DNA from: Candidatus Falkowbacteria bacterium RIFOXYD12_FULL_34_57
GTDB lineage: Bacteria > Patescibacteriota > Patescibacteriia > Patescibacteriales > UBA12075
NCBI GenBank assembly: GCA_001780285.1
Contig: MFGN01000005.1
Coordinates: 138,200-202,199, forward strand
DNA length: 64,000 nucleotides
Direction: 5' to 3'
Shown: positions 55,825 through 63,852 of the stretch, piece by piece
How positions within the stretch are numbered: the stretch's first letter is position 1
Layout: each line of letters opens with the position of its first letter
Notes under the pieces: generated by a model
What the model was told of the DNA's origin: nothing
The model's input: only the letters and a program-made list of their open reading frames with translations
Databases searched by the model: none
Program-made: the position numbers and the translations under genes

Positions 55825-56214
55825 TTATCGCCATTTTTTAATATATTGACCTATGCCGAATTCGTTTAGTTTATTTTTTAATTTTGTTTTTGTATGTAAA
55901 TACAGGATAGTTGATCGAAAATCTATTAAATAACGGTTTTTTATTATTTTGTAAGCTATTTTTTCGGTTTGAATTGCCCTTCTTATGGTTTTGGTGGTAA
56001 CTCCGCCAAATTTGGCTGCCTCTGAAACAGATATCCATAGCGGATTAGAAACATTTTTTAATAAAATATTTTTGTAATCATCTATTTTGTTTCTTCTCGG
56101 TTCTTTTTGTATAAACGGAGTGGATGCCGCTTGTTTGGGAACGTTAAAAACGCTTTCGTTTGGCAGCATAGGAGTATTGAAAATATTTATTTTTTTTTGA
56201 TTTTGGTCATCCAT
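55825..56214 (-). CDS. helix-turn-helix (excisionase/MerR-like) DNA-binding protein
   Basis: WISVSEAAKFGGVTTKTIRRAIQTEKIAYKII matches the excisionase-family HTH pattern. 129 aa. Confidence 0.6.
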   Translation of the reverse strand: MDDQNQKKINIFNTPMLPNESVFNVPKQAASTPFIQKEPRRNKIDDYKNILLKNVSNPLWISVSEAAKFGGVTTKTIRRAIQTEKIAYKIIKNRYLIDFRSTILYLHTKTKLKNKLNEFGIGQYIKKWR

Positions 56215-56235
56215 TTTACTATATTCTTAACTTTT

Positions 56236-56319
56236 AAGTCTAGAAAATTGTAGACTTAAAATAGAAAAATGCTTAATATAAAATAAAAAACAATTTTTAG
56301 TCTAGGATAAAGTAGACTA
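56236..56319. promoter_or_regulatory. two 7-8-7 inverted-repeat operator-like sites upstream of the HTH gene
   Basis: aagtcta-gaaaattg-tagactt (56236-56257) and tagtcta-ggataaag-tagacta (56298-56319). Same half-site and same 8-nt spacer, 62 nt apart. Confidence 0.5.
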
Positions 56320-56666
56320 AAAAATACAAAATTTGATATTTTTAATAAATAATTTTGTTTAATTTTTATATTATTTAGTGTAAAGTCCAACATGGTATGG
56401 ACTTAAGTATCTACATCTTGGCATAATGGAGAAAAAAAAACAAGAGGGGTAATGCAAAGTATTGCTAGTTAAAAGTTTGAAAGTTAAAATTCTAAAATTC
56501 CACACCTCTAAGCGACACAAGCCTATACACCTGATCTAAAAATTTATAAGTTATATACATTTTAATTTTTCTATTTTTAGACTTCCGGCTTTAAAGAGAA
56601 GGATGATATGTTGAGATATTGCCTTGTTTTTTTTAGAGATACATGTTAGTCTTTAAGATAGTAATG

Positions 56667-56720
56667 GATCTGTCGCAAAATCCAAAAAATTTGACTCGCA
56701 ACAGGATTTGGCGACAGACC
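56667..56720. repeat. CTGTCGC-family palindromic element, copy 2 (shorter)
   Basis: tctgtcgcaaaatcc-aaaaaatttgactcgcaac-aggatttggcgacaga shares the loop and the right arm with 17881-17972. Confidence 0.8.
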
Positions 56721-56873
56721 TATAATATAATAATGTATTAATTACTCTTGCAAAAATGGAATCCCGCAAGCTTAATTTTAATTTAATATAAGCAATTTTT
56801 TGCTATTTTAAAGCTAGGACTATTAAAAAGGTCTGATTTTTTGGTTTGAGGGGGTAAAATTTATATTATATTT

Positions 56874-56966
56874 TTCATCCCGGTTTCATTTGTTTATTCC
56901 CGCGAAGGCGGGAATCTATGAAGGTTAACGCCAAAAACATTTAATTTTTGATTTTGTGGGAATGAC
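56874..56966. repeat. GTCATTCC-type palindromic element with attcccgcgaaggcgggaat hairpin
   Basis: Inner perfect 8-bp hairpin attcccgc-gaag-gcgggaat (56897-56916). Outer tcatccc ... gggaatga complementarity. Confidence 0.6.
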
Positions 56967-57008
56967 AAGTATGGGTGTAACAAATTCAGAAGATTTTCGT
57001 ATAATTAT

Positions 57009-57569
57009 ATGAGTAGTAAAATTAATGATAAAACTTTATATTTTAGAATGAAACAGAAGGATAAAGAAGCTTTTATTTCCGCATATGACTCTTATTTGAA
57101 TGATATATATCGATTTATATATTTCAAGGTTGGAAATAGAGAAGAAGCAGAGGATTTGACCTCGTCGGTTTTTTTAAAAACCTGGAACTATATTCAGGAC
57201 AATAATTTAAAAAGTTATAAGACCTTAAAAGCTTTGTTGTACCGAATCGCCAGAAATGCGGTTATAGATCATTATCGACAAAAAAGCAAAAGACAGGATA
57301 TTAGCTATGATGCGGAACTTGGATTTGATGTAGAGGATGAAAAACAGGATAATCTGCAAAAAATGGAAATGATTGATAGTTATCAAGAGATTGAGGAGCA
57401 CATGAAAGAATTAAAAGACGAGTATCGCGAAATTATTGTTTTAAAATATATAAATGAATTATCTATCTCTGAAATTGCGGAAGTTCTGGATAAGAAAAAG
57501 GGAAATGTTCGGGTGTTGATTCATAGAGCAGAAACCGCATTGAAAGAGATAGTGAAAAAAAATAATTAA
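57009..57569 (+). CDS. ECF-type RNA polymerase sigma-70 family factor
   Basis: Region 2 (YRFIYFKVGNREEAEDLTSSVFLKTW, RIARNAVIDHYRQK) and region 4 HTH (LSISEIAEVLDKKKGNVRVLIHRAETALKE). Confidence 0.9.
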   Translation: MSSKINDKTLYFRMKQKDKEAFISAYDSYLNDIYRFIYFKVGNREEAEDLTSSVFLKTWNYIQDNNLKSYKTLKALLYRIARNAVIDHYRQKSKRQDISYDAELGFDVEDEKQDNLQKMEMIDSYQEIEEHMKELKDEYREIIVLKYINELSISEIAEVLDKKKGNVRVLIHRAETALKEIVKKNN

Positions 57570-57580
57570 TTCCTTTTATT

Positions 57581-57660
57581 TCATCCTGAACTTGATTCAG
57601 GATCCACCACACAATAAGTGATCAAAATGGCATGGATTCTGAATCAAGTTTAGAATGACA
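57581..57660. repeat. GTCATTCTGA-family palindromic element, degenerate copy closely related to copy 1
   Basis: tcatcctgaacttgattcaggatcc ... ggattctgaatcaagtttagaatgaca. Confidence 0.8.
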
Positions 57661-57687
57661 CGATAAAGAAATTTTAGATTAAATTTC

Positions 57688-58665
57688 ATGGAAAAAGAAT
57701 TACTCTCACAATTAAATAAATTAAAAAACATCAAACCCGATACAGCGTGGAAAAATCGTAATCGAGAGATTTTACTTAGTCAGATTTCTTCCAGCACGGT
57801 AGATAAGATTGGGTTTTTTGATATTTTTGCGCAAAAATTGTCATTACTCAGATATGTATCTCAACCGGTAATGGCGGTTTTTTTGATTGCGGGGGTTTTG
57901 CTTGGCGGGGGATTTTTCAGTTTGAATGCCGCCAAGGATACCAAGCCCGGAGATTCACTGTATATTGCCAAGATTATCAGTGAAAAAACCCAATTCGCTT
58001 TAACATTTAACGAAAAGAAAAAAGTAAAATTAGGCATAGAGTTTGCCGGAAACAGGGCCAAAGAGATTACCCAGGTATTATCAGAAGAGGGGGATGTGGA
58101 AATAAGAGTGGAAAAACTGAAGGATAATTTTAAAAAAGAAATAGCCGGGGTGAAAACAAGATTAGAAAATATAAATAATAATAAAATTGCCGCTAATACT
58201 AATATAAAAACGGAGGAAGAAGAAAATATGGAGACAAGTCAAGACGCGTCTCCGGAGGAAGAGGGGGAAATGGTTTTTAGCGCCGGTTTGGGAAAAGAAG
58301 AAAAAGGAATACAGGTTTCAGAAAACAACACCAAAGAAAAACCGATTTTAGAAACTACAGATGAGGGATTGCTAGCGGAAGAAAATATTAATTCAGACGA
58401 ACCAGAAAAGGCCGATCAGCCAGGGGTTGAAAATCCTAATAGCGACACAGGGTCTAGCAGTGAAGATGTGGCAGGCACAGAAAATAAAAACCCACAAACG
58501 ATTTTGGAAAAAGTAGAAGAGTTGTTGGATAATGATAATTATGACGAAACAATGAGCAGGCTGGCGGAGATAGGGGAAATGATTGATCAGGTAAACAGCG
58601 GAGAGGTAAAAGGGGAATATGACTCTGTGATAGATGGTGATTCAGCTACTTCAACAGTTAATTAA
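57688..58665 (+). CDS. membrane protein downstream of the ECF sigma gene (possible anti-sigma/DUF5667-like)
   Basis: Single TM (PVMAVFLIAGVLLGGGFF) after a cytoplasmic N-region of about 60 aa. The KPGDSLYIAKIISEKTQFALTF...AGNRAKEI segment resembles DUF5667. Acidic low-complexity tail. Confidence 0.6.
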   Translation: MEKELLSQLNKLKNIKPDTAWKNRNREILLSQISSSTVDKIGFFDIFAQKLSLLRYVSQPVMAVFLIAGVLLGGGFFSLNAAKDTKPGDSLYIAKIISEKTQFALTFNEKKKVKLGIEFAGNRAKEITQVLSEEGDVEIRVEKLKDNFKKEIAGVKTRLENINNNKIAANTNIKTEEEENMETSQDASPEEEGEMVFSAGLGKEEKGIQVSENNTKEKPILETTDEGLLAEENINSDEPEKADQPGVENPNSDTGSSSEDVAGTENKNPQTILEKVEELLDNDNYDETMSRLAEIGEMIDQVNSGEVKGEYDSVIDGDSATSTVN

Positions 58666-59043
58666 TGAATATTGTTTTTTGAAAATATAAAAAGTAATAA
58701 TTTAAAAATAAAATTTTTATATTTTAATTGTTGTTTTTAGCTTTCAGCTTTTATTTTTTAGATTTTTAGTGCCGATTTAATGGTTTTATATCTGTTATAA
58801 GGTCAATAAATCCGCATTAACTTCTTAAAGGAATTTTGCAGATTCCTTTAAAAATGTTGTGGAGCGGATAAAATGGAGTTAGAAAGGTCGATTTTCGATC
58901 AAGGGACTAAGGTGGTCTCTCGAAAAACTCTATTAGTTTATTAATAAAAAATAAAAGATTCTTTAAAAAAATCTCCGCCGATTTAAATTAAATCGCAGAT
59001 CATTATGCGTTTAATATTTTAAATACAAAGCATTTATTTTTAA

Positions 59044-59078
59044 GTGCTAAAATGTTTAAATGTTAAAATGTTGATATG
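59044..59078 (+). promoter_or_regulatory. tandem extended -10-like elements in an ATGTTAAA octamer array; predicted TSS of a long leader for the S-layer-like gene
   Basis: Octamers gtgctaaa|atgtttaa|atgttaaa|atgttgat|atgagtct. TGCTAAAAT (59045-59053) and TGTTAAAAT (59061-59069), each followed after 6 nt by an ATG (59060, 59076). Confidence 0.4.
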
Positions 59079-59554
59079 AGTCTGCGGGTTAATAAACCAA
59101 CTAAGCTTTTCCCTGCCCCGGTTTGTGCGTTTTAGCGCTTACCGGGAAGATAAGTCAATTGAGACTCGCTTGTCAACAAGAGATTTAATATTGTTTTTAT
59201 CAGGGTTAGTGTCAGAATGTTGAATATATTATTTCTTATATTCACCACCCCTTCGGGGGACTGCGTTAGCTAAGATATTAAAACTTTATTAAGCTTGGGC
59301 AATATGTGTATTATGTTTGATATATTTTTATCGCCCAACTTGTCGTTTTGATTTGCTTGTCTGCACAAACCGGTGCAGGCGAAGCGGGATTCCGGTTGAT
59401 TTGTTAACAGGTTTGGTTTAATGAGGGTTTTAAAAACAGTTTTTGTAACCGTCAGAGGATTATTTAAACTTACGATTTTTATAAAGAATTTTAAACGCTG
59501 TATAAATGACTTGTGCTTTAGGGCCCAAGCTTTTATCGGCAAAACGATTAAATT

Positions 59555-62500
59555 ATGACAAATTTACGCAAAGCTTTAGCTATTAGCGTTATGTCAATCA
59601 CCGTGCTATCAATGAGCATGTTAATGGTGCCTCTAACAGTTGGCGCCGCTGCTCAGGCTGGTGACTTGATTAAAATGGATGGTCTTTCATCTGTTTATTA
59701 CCTTGGCGCTGATGGTAAGCGATACGTTTTCCCTAATGAAGCAACATATTTTTCTTGGTACAGTGATTTCTCAGGCGTAGTAACCGTTCCTCAAAGTGAA
59801 TTAGAATCATATCCTTTGGGAGCAAATGTTACCATGAGAGCAGGAACCAAGTTAGTTAAAATTACTACAAACCCAAAAGTTTACGCTGTTGAACCAGGGG
59901 GCAATCTACGCCCGATTCCTGATGAAACTACAGCTGCAGCTCTTTGGGGTGCAAACTGGAACCAACGCATAGTTGATGTTCCTGATGCTTTTTTTACCAA
60001 TTATACTACTTTAACTAACGAAGTAAGCGCTACTGCTTACCCAGCTGGTTCTTTAGTAAAATATGGTACAGGAGCTGACACCTATTACATTGATGCTGAC
60101 GGAATGGCAAGAAAGATTGCTGACGAAGCAGCATTTATGGCTAATGGATTTTCATGGGACAATGTAGTTACTTCTACATTAACCATGCCAACAGCCGGTG
60201 CTGATATTACCGGTGCTGAAACAGGTATCTCTGATACCTCTGAAGGCGCAGGCGGTGTAGCAGGAGCAGGAACTGGTCTTACAGTTGCCTTGTCTTCAGC
60301 TACTCCAGCTGCAGGAAATATTCCGGCAGGCTCGCCTAATGAATTCTTGAAGCTATCTTTCACAGCCGCCGCTGATGGTGCTGTAAATGTTAATTCTATT
60401 ACATTAACATCTTATAACCTAGGAACACCCACTTATGTTGATAGTGTTACCTTCTTTGATGAAGGTGGTTTAAAAGTTGGTAATGCCAAGAATATGAATT
60501 CTGACGGCGTTGCTGTATTCAACTTTGCAACTCCTTTCAATGTTCCAGCAGGAACCACTAAAACTTTGTTGGTGAAAGCTACAATTGAAGCAGGACAAAC
60601 ATCCGGAAATTTTGCTTTGGGTGTTAAAGCTGTTTCAGACATCGTAACAAACGGTGCTGTGGTTAGCGGATCTTTCCCTGTTATTGGTAATACTAAAGCT
60701 GTGGTTAGCGCTACTATTGGTACAGTTGCCTTGAGCAACCCTGGTTTGACTGATGTATCTGTAGAATTTGGTGAAGATGATGTACTACTTGCTAGTTTTG
60801 ACCTAACAACTGCTAATGAAAATATTCTTTGGGAAACCGCTAGATTTAAAAATGGTGGAACAAACAGTGATTCTATCGTTTCTAATCTAAGACTCATGAT
60901 TAATGATGATGAGGCTGCTACAGCTGCTGGTCTTTCTGATAAATATGTTACTTTTAATTTAGATAGTTTTGTAATGAATAAAGGTGAAACATATAATGTA
61001 GAAGTTTATGGTGATATTGGAACCACAAGAGTTCTAGACACTGTTGATTTGTATGTTTACGATAATATCGACTTTTCATTTGTAGGTCAAAAATACGGAT
61101 ATGGTGTCCAAATGACAAATACTTTACTAGCAGCAGCTGCTTCTGGTATCGTAGCCACATTGGCTGCCGGTGATTTCACTATTGATATGGACAAAGTTGC
61201 CACTCCTGCTAAAGATGTAAGAGCTGGCGACAATGATGTAGTATTAGCTACCATGAAATTAACATCTAATGGTGAGAACGCTACATTAACTCAAATGAAC
61301 GGTTCTTCTGATAACTTTATTATTACCGGTACAGGTCTTGAATGTAATGAAATTGAGAATACCGAATTAAGAGATGTTGATACTGGTGTTGTTTATGATG
61401 TGACAGTTGCTTCAGGAACTGCTTCTTGGACTTGCGCTTTAACTATGACGGATGAAATTTCATTTGTTAAAGGTGTTACCAGAACATTCCAGGTTCGCAC
61501 TGATCTAAAGAGTTCTACAGAAGATTCTGTCAACTATATCAGCGGAGATGACACTCTAAAAGTAACACTCAAGAGCGGTGCTATTAGTAGTTACTTAACA
61601 GGTGATACTTCTGATGCTTCTATCACAAATATCACTCCAAGTTCTGTAACCGGCTCTATTGCTACCGTTAAAGCTTCTGCTTTAACTTGGGAAGTTACTG
61701 CTTTGACAGATAAGACAATTGTACCCGGCGCTTCTGATATAGTGATTTACAAATCTACATTAGAGGCTGGTGCTTCATCTTATATCGATATCACTTCTGT
61801 TAAACTTACTGTTTCAGCTGATAACGGTGATTACACCGGTTCATTTGTTGACAGTAATGTTTCAGCATTAAAGTTATATTTAGATGGTAAATTGTTAAAG
61901 ACACTGTCAAATCAAATTGCTGACGATACTGACGGAACAGCAACTGACAACTATATTGACTTTACTTCACTAGATACCACAAACAGAAGAATTGCTGCCG
62001 GTACCAAAGTCAACTTGGAAGTTATTGCCGACTTTGCCTCTTCTTTTGCGACTACCAGTACTTTCAGCTTGAAGCTTGCTACAGATGCTGATGTTAGTTC
62101 AAAAGACATGGATAGCAGAGCGGTTGATGAAACCGTAACCAACGGAACCTCCGCTTCTAGATCATTGACTTTGGCTTCAACCGGTACCTTGAAAGCCCAG
62201 ATCGAGATTGACGACACCAAAGCTGATGTAGACACCTACATCTTAGCTGGTGCCGAAACCACTCATGGCCGCTACCTTGGTGAAATTATCTTCACCACAG
62301 CTAATGAGCCTGTAAAGGTTAAGACTTTGTTATTGAAAAGAGCTTCCGGCGCTACATTCACTAGCAGTGATGTAAAATACGTTCGTCTTTATGACAAGGA
62401 CGGCGCTATGGTAGCTGAAAAAGCTCCAGATGCCAACGGCGCTGTAAACTTCGACACCTTCAACTATGTGTTGCCTGCTGATCAAGCCACCTCATTATTC

Positions 62501-63223
62501 ATTGGTGTATTGACCAAGACTATCAACAAAGAAGGTGATACAGAAGGTACAGCCAGACAGGGTAGAAGCATCAAATTCATGTTTGATGACGATACCACAG
62601 CTATTACAGCTGAGGGTGTAGATTCTGGCGATGCTATTACCATGACCTTGGATGATAATGGTACTTTGATTGATAATGAATACGAAAGAGCTGCCGAAGG
62701 TGTAACCAAAGAAACCAAGATTACCGGTTCTGTATTAACATCCATTGTTAATACTATGAGCGACGCAGTATTGGTTGGCGGTAACGGCAAAATTATTGGA
62801 AAATACAAATTTGTATTTGACAATGGTTTAAACAGATCTACTACAACCAATGAAGCTTTGTTGGCTGAAATGAAGACTCTAGTCTTGAATGTGGCTACTT
62901 CTACCGGTGTGTTAGTATCCGGTATCCAAGCCTATATTGATGGTAACTCTTCAGCAAAAACAACAGCTGTAAATGTGGATGCCAACGGTGAAGCTACTAT
63001 CAGCTTGAGCACCCTGGATGGTACTACAGAAAAAGTTGATGGCGAGGTTACATTGGTGATTATCGGTAACATTTCTGGCGTATCTACAACCGATTATGTA
63101 CAAACCGAGATCGACAACTTAGCTACTGACTTTACCTATGACGGTGAATCAGGATACGCTGTCGACTTCTCTAATACCAGACTTGATATTACTGAAGTTA
63201 TCGGCGGTACAGCATCTAACTAA
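59555..63223 (+). CDS. large secreted S-layer-like / cell-surface protein (1222 aa)
   Basis: Signal peptide ending VGAAAQA. Three N-terminal repeats of about 50-60 aa (SSVYYLGADGKRYVFP / PKVYAVEPGGNLRPIP / ADTYYIDADGMARKIA). The remainder is T/A/V/G/D/S-rich beta-type sequence with only 2 Cys. Locally higher GC and a strong terminator. Confidence 0.85.
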   Translation: MTNLRKALAISVMSITVLSMSMLMVPLTVGAAAQAGDLIKMDGLSSVYYLGADGKRYVFPNEATYFSWYSDFSGVVTVPQSELESYPLGANVTMRAGTKLVKITTNPKVYAVEPGGNLRPIPDETTAAALWGANWNQRIVDVPDAFFTNYTTLTNEVSATAYPAGSLVKYGTGADTYYIDADGMARKIADEAAFMANGFSWDNVVTSTLTMPTAGADITGAETGISDTSEGAGGVAGAGTGLTVALSSATPAAGNIPAGSPNEFLKLSFTAAADGAVNVNSITLTSYNLGTPTYVDSVTFFDEGGLKVGNAKNMNSDGVAVFNFATPFNVPAGTTKTLLVKATIEAGQTSGNFALGVKAVSDIVTNGAVVSGSFPVIGNTKAVVSATIGTVALSNPGLTDVSVEFGEDDVLLASFDLTTANENILWETARFKNGGTNSDSIVSNLRLMINDDEAATAAGLSDKYVTFNLDSFVMNKGETYNVEVYGDIGTTRVLDTVDLYVYDNIDFSFVGQKYGYGVQMTNTLLAAAASGIVATLAAGDFTIDMDKVATPAKDVRAGDNDVVLATMKLTSNGENATLTQMNGSSDNFIITGTGLECNEIENTELRDVDTGVVYDVTVASGTASWTCALTMTDEISFVKGVTRTFQVRTDLKSSTEDSVNYISGDDTLKVTLKSGAISSYLTGDTSDASITNITPSSVTGSIATVKASALTWEVTALTDKTIVPGASDIVIYKSTLEAGASSYIDITSVKLTVSADNGDYTGSFVDSNVSALKLYLDGKLLKTLSNQIADDTDGTATDNYIDFTSLDTTNRRIAAGTKVNLEVIADFASSFATTSTFSLKLATDADVSSKDMDSRAVDETVTNGTSASRSLTLASTGTLKAQIEIDDTKADVDTYILAGAETTHGRYLGEIIFTTANEPVKVKTLLLKRASGATFTSSDVKYVRLYDKDGAMVAEKAPDANGAVNFDTFNYVLPADQATSLFIGVLTKTINKEGDTEGTARQGRSIKFMFDDDTTAITAEGVDSGDAITMTLDDNGTLIDNEYERAAEGVTKETKITGSVLTSIVNTMSDAVLVGGNGKIIGKYKFVFDNGLNRSTTTNEALLAEMKTLVLNVATSTGVLVSGIQAYIDGNSSAKTTAVNVDANGEATISLSTLDGTTEKVDGEVTLVIIGNISGVSTTDYVQTEIDNLATDFTYDGESGYAVDFSNTRLDITEVIGGTASN

Positions 63224-63280
63224 GATTTCTTAGTCGGATAATACATCTTATACTTTGATAAGTTAAGATAAAAAGCAATA

Positions 63281-63313
63281 ACCCCCCTTCCGTTAATTCG
63301 GGAGGGGGGTTTT
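63281..63313 (+). terminator. rho-independent terminator
   Basis: 11-bp GC-rich stem accccccttcc/gggaggggggt followed by TTT. Confidence 0.8.
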
Positions 63314-63384
63314 GTGCATGATTTGATTTAATAATCCCCCGTAGAGACGCTCCATGGTAAAGATATCCAGAATAGCGCCAATCA

Positions 63385-63414
63385 CGTAGAGACGCGCCGC
63401 GGCGCGTCTCTGCG
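63385..63414. repeat. GC-rich perfect palindrome (AGAGACGCGCCG/CGGCGCGTCTCT)
   Basis: 24-bp perfect palindrome at 63388-63411, extendable to 30 nt with one G-U pair. An 11-nt direct copy cgtagagacgc occurs at 63340-63350. Confidence 0.85.
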
Positions 63415-63478
63415 AGATTGACAGTAATTTAAAATTAAATTATTATTTAAATATAAGCAATAAATTTTGTTAAAAAAT

Positions 63479-63820
63479 ATGCCTAAAAAGGAAATTACAA
63501 ATGAAGAAATTTTACATGTTATGCACAGCAGTTTTAATGATGTGGATAACAGGATAAATATGTTAGAAGAAAAAATGAATGATATGGGAGAAAAAATGAA
63601 TGATATGGGAGAAAAAATGAATGATATGGGAGAAAAAATGAATGAAAAATTTGATCAAGTTTTAACCGCGGTTGATGCTCTCGCCTGCAATAATAAAAAA
63701 TTTGATCAGGAATTAACAGCCAATAGGGCGGCCCATGATCGTATTCAAAATGATGTGAATGAAGTGCGTAAATATGTGAAAATGGATATAAAAAATTCCA
63801 TATTGCGCGATGGAGAATAG
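63479..63820 (+). CDS. hypothetical coiled-coil protein with EKMNDMG tandem repeats
   Basis: ATG at 63479 (track starts at TTG 63467). Contains the in-frame 21-bp tandem repeat. Confidence 0.6.
   Translation: MPKKEITNEEILHVMHSSFNDVDNRINMLEEKMNDMGEKMNDMGEKMNDMGEKMNEKFDQVLTAVDALACNNKKFDQELTANRAAHDRIQNDVNEVRKYVKMDIKNSILRDGE
63569..63645 (+). repeat. 21-bp tandem repeat, about 3.7 copies, in frame
   Basis: gaaaaaatgaatgatatggga x3 exact copies plus a partial fourth; encodes EKMNDMG. Confidence 0.95.
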
Positions 63821-63852
63821 AATTATTTTTATATAAACACTTTTTTAAATAT

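Noticed and set aside
59270-59542. 90-aa minus-strand ORF in the region upstream of the S-layer-like gene
   Set aside because: No RBS, no recognisable motif, and it overlaps the predicted structured leader. Treated as non-coding.
63569-63645. Possible CRISPR-like or other repeat array
   Set aside because: There are no spacers. It is a head-to-tail 21-bp in-frame coding tandem repeat, and no cas genes are present. I saw no CRISPR array anywhere in the window.
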